The position numbers were made by a program, and so were the translations under genes. DNA of 32,000 bases, taken from assembly GCF_049243625.1 (NCBI RefSeq), contig NZ_CP046975.1; one strand, written 5' to 3'. Shown piece after piece: positions 16,946 to 25,525 of this stretch; positions within the stretch are counted from its first letter, which is position 1, and each line of letters opens with the position of its first letter. Under the pieces are notes generated by a model that searched no databases, was not told the DNA's origin, and worked only from the letters and a program-made list of their open reading frames with translations. Source of the DNA: Corynebacterium amycolatum. Its GTDB lineage: Bacteria; Actinomycetota; Actinomycetes; Mycobacteriales; Mycobacteriaceae.

Positions 16946-17244
16946 TCGGTTTCGCCGGGATTGTCTGGGCTATCGGGCCTATTTGGTTTATCTCCCTGGT
17001 TATCCCGGTCACGAGTCTCGCGTTCGCGCCGTTCCTGTAGCTCTTGCTCACGCTTGCGGCGATCGAATTCGGCCTTCTTGAGCTTCCAGAGGAACTCCGG
17101 ATCATCGTCGGGAGCAAGCGGGCGGGGCTCCGGTTGCGGAGCAGAAATACGACGCATGCCGTTGCCACGACTGCCAGGGCCAAATGCCTTCCACAGCATG
17201 ACTACGACAAGGACGATGAACAGCAGCAGAATGAGCCGACCCAT
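16942..17244 (-). CDS. Small membrane-anchored protein (one N-terminal TM, highly charged Arg/Glu/Asp-rich C-terminal tail)
   Basis: AGGAGG lies about 9 nt upstream of the ATG (reverse complement of ...cctcctgg at about 17259-17266). The N-terminus [15 protein letters not shown] is hydrophobic. No family recognised. Confidence 0.55.
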   Translation of the reverse strand: MGRLILLLFIVLVVVMLWKAFGPGSRGNGMRRISAPQPEPRPLAPDDDPEFLWKLKKAEFDRRKREQELQERRERETRDRDNQGDKPNRPDSPDNPGETD

Positions 17245-17438
17245 GTAATAGCTAACCTCCTGGATTTACCGACTAGAATACGCAACGAGTCCCGTAGTGC
17301 CCACGAGGGGTATCGCAACGCAAGGCGGTACGGCGTACAGAGTTCGTTAGGGCACAAAGGAACGTTGGACACGAACAGCCATGGGGCGCTAACAACGTCG
17401 GGCGCAGCACAGGCGTAATACGTAGAGGTGAGGGTGTA

Positions 17439-17798
17439 ATGACCAATCCAGCAGAGCAGGACAAGTTGGCTTCTGACGCTCAGACGCCAGTAGCTCCGGT
17501 GACCAAGAATGCTGGTCGCGGCAATGCCATGAAGGGACTGTTCTGGTACGGCCTTGCGCGTCTGCTGCTGTTCCTGGTGCTGTTCTTCATCCTGCTCGCG
17601 ATTATCTACCTTGTTGGCGTGCGGATTCCGGCCGCAATTACGGCTGTGTTTGCACTAATTATTGCGATGCCACTGTCGGTGTTTGTGTTCCCGAAGCTGC
17701 GCGTTCAGGCCAATGAGTCGGTTGCCGTGTGGTCGGAGAACCGCCGTGCGCACAAAGAATACATTGCGCAGCAGATTAAGGACCGCGAGGAAAATTAG
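17439..17798 (+). CDS. Small two-TM membrane protein (resembles the DUF4229-type proteins found near men genes in actinobacteria)
   Basis: A purine-rich SD (gaggtgaggg) lies upstream of the ATG. Two hydrophobic helices (LFWYGLARLLLFLVLFFILLAIIYLV and AAITAVFALIIAMPLSVFVF) are followed by a charged tail. The family assignment is from memory and was not searched. Confidence 0.6.
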   Translation: MTNPAEQDKLASDAQTPVAPVTKNAGRGNAMKGLFWYGLARLLLFLVLFFILLAIIYLVGVRIPAAITAVFALIIAMPLSVFVFPKLRVQANESVAVWSENRRAHKEYIAQQIKDREEN

Positions 17799-17807
17799 CG
17801 CTCCGCT

Positions 17808-18977
17808 CTAGCTTCTTTTCTGAACTTTCTCCAGCACCCGCTCGATTGCCTGGTTCACCACATCCGGAGCCTCCAGCGGCAACATGTGGCCGGCCCCGTC
17901 GACTTCAACTAGCTCGGCGTCCGGCCACTTTTCCATAATTAGGTCTGCTTGCTTGCGGGGAGTGACATCGTCCTTCGTGCCCACCAGTACCGCTCCCGGC
18001 AGACCCTCTAAGTGAGGTCCGGCCGCGAACTCGTCATGGTCCTGCAGGTCGTCGAGGTATCCCACGAAAGTTTCCAGCGGTGTTTCATTAATCATGGCCG
18101 CGTGGAACTCGATGATCTCGTAGTCCGTGCGCCGGGCGAACACCGCAACTGCCAACGACGGCGCCATCAGTGACGCGATTGCCTCGCGGAACTTGCGGAT
18201 CTCCTTCGGCGAGGACTCAATCGCATTGCGCGCCGCATCCGCCACCGGGGACGCGAGAATCTGCGGTACCCCCTGGGCGGCAAGCTTGTCGATAGACGTG
18301 GAAATCAGCACTACGCCTGCGATCCGACGGCGAATACTTTCCTCGGCAGCGCGCACCATGTGCAGTGCGATCAAACCGCCCAGTGAATGCCCAACCACGA
18401 TGAGTTTTCCGGTCCCGGCGCGCTCTGCAATCACGGCCAGCGCATCGGTCGCAGCACCTTCGACCGTGCAGAGTGAAGCCGGAACCGCGCCGGTCTGGCC
18501 GTGGCCGCGTAGATCCATGGTGAGCAGGCGTGCTTCCGGGTGTGACTTCCGCAGTGCGTTGAACTGTTGGTACCAGGACTCGCCAGCCAGGGTGAAGCCG
18601 TGGATAAAGACGATGGTCACAGGTTCTTTGGCGGGCTCGCCTGGTTCAACCTCGTACCAGTGCACCGGAATATCGGTGGTGACAGCATCCGGTTTGTCGC
18701 TGGCCTTTCGCTCGTCATCCTTGGCCGCAATGTCGGCTGTGACCGGTGTGGTCTTGATATGTACTACGCCGGTGGCCGTAAGATCAGTCAGGCCTGGTTC
18801 ACGGGTCTGTGAATGCAGCGCGCCGTGCTCCAGTGCCAGTCGCCGACGCCCCGAACTGGTCAAACGCAGAGCAGCGCTGCGGACGAAAGCTGGAGCCTTG
18901 GCTGCTGTGTCACCTACTCGGGTTGCGGCCTTCTGGACGTCGTCAAGCGTCTTGTGCGTCAGTGCGCGGAAGTCCAT
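17808..18977 (-). CDS. Alpha/beta-fold hydrolase with an N-terminal extension of about 110 aa
   Basis: The HGF oxyanion segment (VTIVFIHGFTLAG), the nucleophile elbow VVGHSLGG, and a C-terminal GAGHMLPLE (catalytic His region). The start is 9 bp downstream of the menA stop on the same strand. Confidence 0.85.
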   Translation of the reverse strand: MDFRALTHKTLDDVQKAATRVGDTAAKAPAFVRSAALRLTSSGRRRLALEHGALHSQTREPGLTDLTATGVVHIKTTPVTADIAAKDDERKASDKPDAVTTDIPVHWYEVEPGEPAKEPVTIVFIHGFTLAGESWYQQFNALRKSHPEARLLTMDLRGHGQTGAVPASLCTVEGAATDALAVIAERAGTGKLIVVGHSLGGLIALHMVRAAEESIRRRIAGVVLISTSIDKLAAQGVPQILASPVADAARNAIESSPKEIRKFREAIASLMAPSLAVAVFARRTDYEIIEFHAAMINETPLETFVGYLDDLQDHDEFAAGPHLEGLPGAVLVGTKDDVTPRKQADLIMEKWPDAELVEVDGAGHMLPLEAPDVVNQAIERVLEKVQKRS

Positions 18978-18986
18978 CGGTACCCC

Positions 18987-19883
18987 TTAGCTGAGTGCGA
19001 GTGCGAGTGCCGTGATGACGGACCAGGCAAGCATCATCTTGCCGGTAAGCCCCAGTACCGGGATGAGCTCCTTGCCCTTCTTATGCATGCGGATTGGCTC
19101 GGAGGCCCTCACCCACAGCGGCACGATGAGCAGACCCACCAGCGCCCATGGGTGCCAGAAAGCGATAAAGATACTGGCCAGGGCAGGCATGATGGAGAGA
19201 ATCTGCCAGACGATGCGGGTGCGGAAGTCGCCCAGGCGAACTGCCAGGGTGATCTTGCCGGTGGCAGCGTCGGTGGGAATATCGCGCAAGTTGTTCGCCA
19301 GGTTTACGGCAGAGGACACCGAACCGATACCGATTGCGCAGGCCAGGCCGACCCAGGACAGGGAGCCGGTCTGGGTGAACTCCGTACCGAGCACCGCGAC
19401 GAGACCGAAGAAGACGAAGACCGAGACCTCGCCAAGTCCGCGATAACCGTAGGGGTTTTTACCGCCGGTGTAGAACCACGCCGCCGCAATGCACAGCGCG
19501 CCGACCAGAATGAGCCACCACGCGCTCATCAGAGACAGCGCTACACCGGCAAGACCCGCGACACCAAAGGCGCCGAACGCCGCGTACTTCACAACCTTCG
19601 GCTCCACCAGCCCAGAACCAGTCAGGCGCAGCGGGCCCGAGCGGTCATCGTCAGTACCGCGGATGCCATCGGAGTAGTCGTTGGCGAAGTTCACGCCCAC
19701 AATCAGCGCCCACGCGACAACCAGCGCGAGCACCGCACGTCCCCAGATAATCGGCGCGTGCGTCGATGCCGCTCCGACACCGACGATGACCGGCGCAAAC
19801 GCATTCGCCCAGGTATGGGGGCGCGCGCCTTCCAGCCAATCGCTTAACGACGCCGTTGCAGGACTCTTTGGTGCTTCAGACAT
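18987..19883 (-). CDS. menA: 1,4-dihydroxy-2-naphthoate polyprenyltransferase
   Basis: A UbiA-family membrane protein with the first Asp-rich motif NFANDYSDGIRGTDD and a second motif region, NNLRDIPTD. It sits in the men gene neighbourhood. Confidence 0.9.
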   Translation of the reverse strand: MSEAPKSPATASLSDWLEGARPHTWANAFAPVIVGVGAASTHAPIIWGRAVLALVVAWALIVGVNFANDYSDGIRGTDDDRSGPLRLTGSGLVEPKVVKYAAFGAFGVAGLAGVALSLMSAWWLILVGALCIAAAWFYTGGKNPYGYRGLGEVSVFVFFGLVAVLGTEFTQTGSLSWVGLACAIGIGSVSSAVNLANNLRDIPTDAATGKITLAVRLGDFRTRIVWQILSIMPALASIFIAFWHPWALVGLLIVPLWVRASEPIRMHKKGKELIPVLGLTGKMMLAWSVITALALALS

Positions 19884-19968
19884 GAATTAATAATAGGACG
19901 TGACACCAAATGCCTTGAACTAATGCGGGTTCGAGTGGCTTAAAGGCTGGAGGACACAAGTCCAAAGG

Positions 19969-21129
19969 CTAAAAGAGCGCCGCGACTTTCTTCCGGTCGA
20001 CCTTGCCCGGCCCAATTAGCGGTAGGGCCTCCACGCGACGCAGGTCCTTGGGAATCATCCAGTGATTGATTCGCCCGGCGTCTTCAGCATCGCCGAGCCC
20101 GTCCATGACATCACCGAGCTCAGCGGTGCCTTCATACGCTGCGACGATAGCGTGGCCGAGCCGTGGGTGTGGCACGCCCACCACACAAGCTCCCGTAACT
20201 CCATCGATGGCGAGCAGTTCACGCTCGAGGACTTCGGGGTGCAGTTTCAGCCCGCCGGAGTCGATGATGGTGTCCAGACGTCCCGTGATGACGAGCCGGC
20301 CATCGCGGATCTCGCCCGCATCGGAGGTGGCGAACCAACCTGGTTTATGGAAATCCTCGTGACCGGGCGCATTGCGGTAACCGTGTGCAATCATCGGCCC
20401 GCCCAGCCAGACGCGACCATTTTCGATGGCGACCTGTGCGCCTTCAATAGGCTGCCCGTCATAGACGCAGCCGCCGGCTGTCTCGGAGGAGCCATAGGTG
20501 GTCACGACGTTAATGCCGAGCTCTTCCGCACGTGCTGCCACCTGCGGGTTCAAGGCCGCGCCGCCGACGAGGATGGCGTCGAAGAGGCGCAGGGCTGCCA
20601 CGCCAAAGGGTTCTTCCATGGCCTTCGCCAGCTGCATGGGAGCTAGCGAAGTGTAGGCGCGGTCGCCGGCACCGGCACCAGTGAGGGCCTCGGCACCGTC
20701 AGCGAATGCGGCTACATCAAAACCATCGGTCACATCCACACACACCGGATCCGTGCCCGCGAGCAGCGAACGGATGAGAACCTGCAGGCCAGCGATATGG
20801 TAGGCCGGCATCGCCAGCAGCCACTGTCCTTCACCACCGAGCCACTGATGTGTAGCGGTAGCAGAGGAGACCAAGTTATCCACCGTCAGCTGTGCACCCT
20901 TCGGTGTGCCGGTGGAACCGGAGGTGCCGACAACAAGTGCGATGGACTCATCAATTGGCTCACCTGCGCGTTGCGAGTTCCGCAAGATTGAGGCTCGCGT
21001 GCCGTCGTGAAGCGGAACGGGGAGCAAAGAGACCTCGCCGTCCAGCGCGGCACGGAGGTCGGGCAGGATATCGGTCGAGTCGTGGGGATTGACGGAAAGC
21101 AGGCTGAGCGTACGCACAATCCAAACCAT
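19969..21129 (-). CDS. menE: o-Succinylbenzoate-CoA ligase (adenylate-forming enzyme)
   Basis: AMP-binding motif I VVGTSGSTGTPKGAQL, TTYGSSETAG, and the short (about 386 aa) MenE-type size, next to menA. I prefer the ATG at 21129 (MVWIVRTL...). The track start at 21234 would leave only 29 bp to the divergent msrA. Confidence 0.8.
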   Translation of the reverse strand: MVWIVRTLSLLSVNPHDSTDILPDLRAALDGEVSLLPVPLHDGTRASILRNSQRAGEPIDESIALVVGTSGSTGTPKGAQLTVDNLVSSATATHQWLGGEGQWLLAMPAYHIAGLQVLIRSLLAGTDPVCVDVTDGFDVAAFADGAEALTGAGAGDRAYTSLAPMQLAKAMEEPFGVAALRLFDAILVGGAALNPQVAARAEELGINVVTTYGSSETAGGCVYDGQPIEGAQVAIENGRVWLGGPMIAHGYRNAPGHEDFHKPGWFATSDAGEIRDGRLVITGRLDTIIDSGGLKLHPEVLERELLAIDGVTGACVVGVPHPRLGHAIVAAYEGTAELGDVMDGLGDAEDAGRINHWMIPKDLRRVEALPLIGPGKVDRKKVAALF

Positions 21130-21263
21130 AGCCCGTGTTGTGCCGTAGTTTCTGGTGACGAGGCGTGTGAAACGTGAGTGTGGCGGTGGTGACGGGCGGA
21201 ACAATCGTCGCCGCGGACGCGTTGCGCAGAGCATAGGAAGTCATAGATAGAAAGGCATCGAAG

Positions 21264-21920
21264 ATGGGTTGGTTTTTTGGTAGGTCGGCGGAGCTTGTGC
21301 CGGAAGGTGAGGCGCTAAAGGGCGGCTCGCACCCGGTGCTGGAGAATCCGAAGCCGCATGCGGTGCTCGGCACGCCTATTACCGGCCCATGGGAGGATGG
21401 CCAGGAGGTTGTCTACATCGGTATCGGCTGCTACTGGGGTGCTGAGAAGCTGTTTTGGGAAACCCCGGGCGTGCTCAGTACGTCGGTCGGGTTCGCCGGT
21501 GGCGTGACGCCAAATCCCACTTACCGAGAGTCCTGCACCGGTCGGACCAACCACACTGAGATTGTGGAGGTTGTCTACGACCCGGAGCAGATTAGCTTCG
21601 ACCAGCTGATCGCGAAGGCCTTCGAGGCCCACGATCCCACTCAGGGCTACCGTCAGGGTAATGATGTCGGCACGCAGTACCGTTCCGCGATTTACACGAC
21701 GACGCCCGAGCAGGCGCGCCGGGCGCAGGAAATCTCCGATGCGTACGCGCCGAAGCTTGCCGATGCTGGCCTGGGGCCCATTACCACGGAGATTAAGCCA
21801 CTCGCGGAGACTCCGGCAGGGGAGTACTACCGAGCCGAGGACGAGCACCAGCAGTACTTGTTTAAGAATCCGAACGGCTACTGCCCGGTGCATTCAACCG
21901 GCGTGGCCTGCGGGATTTAA
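21264..21920 (+). CDS. msrA: Peptide-methionine (S)-S-oxide reductase
   Basis: The active-site motif IGIGCYWGAEKLFW (GCFWG type), with GYRQGNDVGTQYRS and EDEHQQYL conserved segments. GAAAGG lies upstream of the ATG. Confidence 0.93.
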   Translation: MGWFFGRSAELVPEGEALKGGSHPVLENPKPHAVLGTPITGPWEDGQEVVYIGIGCYWGAEKLFWETPGVLSTSVGFAGGVTPNPTYRESCTGRTNHTEIVEVVYDPEQISFDQLIAKAFEAHDPTQGYRQGNDVGTQYRSAIYTTTPEQARRAQEISDAYAPKLADAGLGPITTEIKPLAETPAGEYYRAEDEHQQYLFKNPNGYCPVHSTGVACGI

Positions 21921-21942
21921 AGGCGAAATTTCGTAGAACGCT

Positions 21943-21954
21943 TAATCGCGATTA
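21943..21954. promoter_or_regulatory. Perfect 12-bp palindrome TAATCGCGATTA in the AT-rich spacer upstream of the YkvI-like gene (candidate operator)
   Basis: Read directly. It lies 66 bp upstream of the GTG at 22020. No binding protein is identified. Confidence 0.2.
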
Positions 21955-22019
21955 GTAAAACTCACTGAGAAAAGTAAGGTGGTTATATCAATCAGATAGT
22001 TGAATAGGAGTGAACCCTT

Positions 22020-23201
22020 GTGGTGAAGCAAGTACTGCGCGTTGCATTTGCTTTTGTCGGCGTAGTCGTCGGCGCGGGCTTTGCGACGGGTCAGGAAATC
22101 ATGCAATACTTCGTCGCCTTTGGCATCAATGGTGTCTGGGGTGCCGTTCTCTCAGCGGTGATTATGAGCCTGATGGCGATGATCATTTTGCAGCTGGGAA
22201 GCTATTTCCAGGCCAGCGAGCACGGCGAAGTTTTCCGACGCGTATCGCATCCCATCTTTTCGCGCGTACTGGACATCGGCGTGATTATCACGCTCTTCGC
22301 CACGGGGTTCGTCATGTTCGCCGGTGCGGGTGCCAACATGGAGCAGCAGTGGGGCATCCCCGTGTGGATTGGTGCCGTGATTATGATGCTGGTGACCATC
22401 GCGGCTGGTTTCCTCGACGTCGATCGCGTGACCACCGTGATTGGTTCGATTACGCCGTTTATCGTCGGTTTTATCCTGCTGGCCAGTATTTATACGCTGG
22501 CGTTTACCGATGCCACCCCAGCCGCGGAGCAGGCAGCTGCCGTTGCGGAAGTCCCGACCACTCTGCCGAACTGGGTTGTCGCCGCGGTGAACTACGTGGG
22601 CTTTAACCTGATGGTTGCGGTCTCCATGGCGATTGTTATTGGCGGCAGCCTGTTCAACCCCCGCGCTGCAGGAGCCGGTGGCTTTGTCGGCGGTTTGGTG
22701 TACTCCGCAATGCTGCTGATTACCACCATCACGCTGTTCCACACCGTTGGTACTGTCGCAACCGATGCCGTGCCGATGCTCACCGTTATTAACCGCTTGC
22801 ACCCGTGGCTGGGCCAGGCCATGGCCGTGGTAATCCTTGGCATGATCTTCAACACGGCACTTGGCATGTTCTACGCACTGGGGCGTCGCGTCACCGCAAA
22901 TCACCCGGAAAAATTCAAGATTGTCTACGTTGCTCTGGTCCTGCTCGGTTTCGCCTTGAGCTTTATGGGCTTCCAGAACCTAATCGGTTGGGTCTACCCA
23001 ATCCTGGGCTACATCGGTCTTTTGCTCATTACCGTCATGCTCGTTGCTTGGCTGCGCGGTCGTGAGCGTATCAGCGAAGAGACTTCCCGCCGTAAGCGCA
23101 TCTTCCGCCTTGTTCGCCGTGGTCGGAAGAAGGAAGCTCGCAAGGAAATCGAAGACTCCAACCTCAGCGTCGAAGAGGTCCGTGAGGCTATCGAGGAGTA
23201 G
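22020..23201 (+). CDS. YkvI-family-like polytopic membrane protein (putative transporter of the APC-like superfamily)
   Basis: The N-terminal FAFVGVVVGAGFATGQEIMQYF matches my memory of the YkvI-family signature. It has about 11-12 TM segments and a charged cytoplasmic tail. GTG start. Confidence 0.65.
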   Translation: MVKQVLRVAFAFVGVVVGAGFATGQEIMQYFVAFGINGVWGAVLSAVIMSLMAMIILQLGSYFQASEHGEVFRRVSHPIFSRVLDIGVIITLFATGFVMFAGAGANMEQQWGIPVWIGAVIMMLVTIAAGFLDVDRVTTVIGSITPFIVGFILLASIYTLAFTDATPAAEQAAAVAEVPTTLPNWVVAAVNYVGFNLMVAVSMAIVIGGSLFNPRAAGAGGFVGGLVYSAMLLITTITLFHTVGTVATDAVPMLTVINRLHPWLGQAMAVVILGMIFNTALGMFYALGRRVTANHPEKFKIVYVALVLLGFALSFMGFQNLIGWVYPILGYIGLLLITVMLVAWLRGRERISEETSRRKRIFRLVRRGRKKEARKEIEDSNLSVEEVREAIEE

Positions 23202-23235
23202 GCGGGCTGGCGCGTGGCTGCAGTCAGCGTCGCTG

Positions 23236-24669
23236 TCAGCTCAGGAATCGGATGGCTTTCAGCGACGTTGCCCGCGCCCAGGCCACGAATGCCCCGGTCA
23301 CAATGGTGGATACGAGAACCATCAACGGCCACCGCTCGGGGTAATCACGGACCACCCAGGTCCATCCCCATTCCGAGGTCCACCACAGCGGTGAAGCACT
23401 GAGGACATCACCGCCAACCAGCACCGCCCAACCGCCGAGCGCGACCGAGGCAAAAATCGCCGCTGCCACACTTCGACGCGCAATCAATCCGGTCACGGCC
23501 ACAATCATTGCGGCCACAAGAGGCGCGATGACCGCCTGGTACGGCCAAGGGTTGATGTCGGTCTCGCTGCTGGCTTCGCCGCCCGCGCCACTGATAATCA
23601 CCGCAACCACGAGCACCGGTACGAGAAACGCCATATCCAAGGCAAACAGCCGGAGCGTGATGCTCCCCCGCGAGCGTCGATACATCAGCGCTGGCCAGGC
23701 ATCAGCTTGCGAGGTCCACGTCATGATGGCGACCACGGTTGCGGCCGTCGGCACGCAGACGAAACTCAGCAACCCCATCGCATACTCCGGGTTCCACACC
23801 ACACGCACGACCGCAAGCCCGGCAAGCATCAGCGCTGCGAGGCTCCACCAGGTGCGCCAGGGCAGGGTCGCGCTCATGCCATGGCTTAACGACGAAGTGC
23901 TGCGTTCCCGGCCCGTCGGCAAGCTGAGAGATTTTCCGTGCGCAGCCAATGCGATGACAAAGAAGCCTAGCCCGAGGAGTAAATGCAGCAGCGCGGGCGG
24001 CAGGATGGCAATGTCCCAGATTTCGCTGTCTGCGGGAGCCGTGATGGAATTAGCCTGCACTCCGTGGATAGGTAACGTTGGGCGGATTGCCCAGGTCCAC
24101 GGGAGAACTTGCCAGTTTGGGCTCATGGCATCCAGTGTTCCTGCGATGGCCCAAGCGATGGCAGCGAGCGGAGCAAGGAAGAGAGCTGCGCGTGGCACAA
24201 GGCGCCATAGGGCAAGGCCGAATGCCCAGAACACGAAGAATGACAACGTGTTGAAGATCGTGAATTGCAATGCGGTGCTCACGCTCCGGGCAAGGAGAGT
24301 GGCCATCAGTGCGTGGCCGAGGGCCGTGGAGGCGATGACAGTGGCTGCGCGTGCCAGGAGTACCCGAATGCTCGAAATATTGCGCCAGATTAGGCCACCT
24401 TGGCGGAGCTTTTCTTCACGTTTTTGGCCAATGACGGACGTAATAGCAGCCAGGGGAGGGAGCAGGATAAGCGAGTAGATGTGGGCGCTCGCCATGGCGG
24501 TGGCATCAACGCCTGTAGAAAAGACCATGCTGACCAGAGCGATTGCCACCATGATGATGGGCAGGAACATGGTGAGCGACCACTTCGCCCGCAGTAGTTC
24601 GGCGCGGAAGTAGTGTCGCGTAGGAACAGCGCGCGTGTTAAAAGTGCGTGTGTGCGGTTGAGCGCTCAT
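23236..24669 (-). CDS. Double-length ABC-2-type permease (two tandem roughly 6-TM halves)
   Basis: 477 aa and highly hydrophobic. The start overlaps the ATPase stop by 4 bp. Each half ends with a similar Trp-rich segment (NWQVLPWTWAIRP and PLWWTSEWGWTWVVRD), suggesting internal duplication or fusion. Confidence 0.7.
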   Translation of the reverse strand: MSAQPHTRTFNTRAVPTRHYFRAELLRAKWSLTMFLPIIMVAIALVSMVFSTGVDATAMASAHIYSLILLPPLAAITSVIGQKREEKLRQGGLIWRNISSIRVLLARAATVIASTALGHALMATLLARSVSTALQFTIFNTLSFFVFWAFGLALWRLVPRAALFLAPLAAIAWAIAGTLDAMSPNWQVLPWTWAIRPTLPIHGVQANSITAPADSEIWDIAILPPALLHLLLGLGFFVIALAAHGKSLSLPTGRERSTSSLSHGMSATLPWRTWWSLAALMLAGLAVVRVVWNPEYAMGLLSFVCVPTAATVVAIMTWTSQADAWPALMYRRSRGSITLRLFALDMAFLVPVLVVAVIISGAGGEASSETDINPWPYQAVIAPLVAAMIVAVTGLIARRSVAAAIFASVALGGWAVLVGGDVLSASPLWWTSEWGWTWVVRDYPERWPLMVLVSTIVTGAFVAWARATSLKAIRFLS

Positions 24670-25409
24670 CGGGCAACACCTACTGCGGCAAAGAAAGCCT
24701 GCTCGAGGGATTGACCAGCAGCCGCAAAGTCCGTCAGCGGGCCTTCGTAGACCAGCCGGCCACCAGCGAGAACTCCCAGGTGGTCAACACTCTTTTCGAC
24801 CTCACCGAGCTGATGCGAAGACACCACAACTGCTTTGCCGCTATCGGCGAGATTCCGCAACAAGGTACGCAGGCTCACGATAGCTTCGGGGTCGAGGCCG
24901 TTAGTGGGTTCGTCGAGAAGCACAATGTCGGGGTCGGTGAGCAGCGCCATCGCCAGTGAGAGACGAACCTTCATGCCCGTTGAGAAAGCGCGGACACGCT
25001 TGTTACCAGCATGAAGCCCGACCAAGTTGAGGACTTCGGCGATACGGCTCCTGTCCGTGCCGGTCAAGTGTGCGTGCACTTTGAGGTTGTCGGTGGCCGA
25101 GAGTTGCGGGTAGAACGCCGGGCCATTGATAGAGGCGCCGATGTGGTCTAGGTCGGCAATGGACCACGGGCGTCCCGCAATACTGATTTCACCGGAGTAG
25201 GGAACAAGGCCAAGCACAGTACTCATCAGCGTGGACTTACCTGCGCCGTTGAGTCCCAATAGTCCGTAGACCTCACCGGCGCGAACGCTCATGTCGAGAC
25301 CGTTCAGGACCGGTTCGTTCTTGCCGTAGGCGACGGTGATGTCGCGCAGTTGGAGGAGAGGAGCAGCGGCATCTGCGGAAGGGCCTGGGGTAGGAGTTGG
25401 TGCGTTCAT
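24666..25409 (-). CDS. ABC transporter ATP-binding protein (ABC-2/DrrA-like subfamily)
   Basis: Walker A GLNGAGKST, a signature-like FSTGMKVRLS, Walker B IVLLDEPTNGLD and the H-loop SSHQL. Confidence 0.9.
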   Translation of the reverse strand: MNAPTPTPGPSADAAAPLLQLRDITVAYGKNEPVLNGLDMSVRAGEVYGLLGLNGAGKSTLMSTVLGLVPYSGEISIAGRPWSIADLDHIGASINGPAFYPQLSATDNLKVHAHLTGTDRSRIAEVLNLVGLHAGNKRVRAFSTGMKVRLSLAMALLTDPDIVLLDEPTNGLDPEAIVSLRTLLRNLADSGKAVVVSSHQLGEVEKSVDHLGVLAGGRLVYEGPLTDFAAAGQSLEQAFFAAVGVAR

Positions 25410-25525
25410 GCCTTAAGTAATAGGAGTGCTTGGAGCGGTTCGCGCCCTCCCTGAGGATGAGTTGGTGGAAATATCCTCCCCAGGGAGGAGGCGCTAGCGA
25501 GGGTGACGGCACCAGCGAGGAGAAT

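Noticed and set aside
18127-19847. 287-aa and 344-aa plus-strand ORFs opposite the hydrolase and menA
   Set aside because: They are antisense to genes with clear motifs (GHSLGG; the UbiA Asp-rich motifs). Their translations are Arg/Ala/Ser-rich with no domains.
22010-22606. 198-aa plus-strand ORF overlapping the 5' half of the YkvI-like gene in another frame
   Set aside because: Its translation is Arg/Cys/Gly-rich and not membrane-like. The neighbouring frame (22020-23201) gives a coherent polytopic membrane protein.
23528-24478. 316-aa plus-strand ORF opposite the ABC permease, and the 215-aa ORF (25554-26201) opposite the response regulator
   Set aside because: They are antisense to supported genes, and their composition is typical of high-GC shadow frames.
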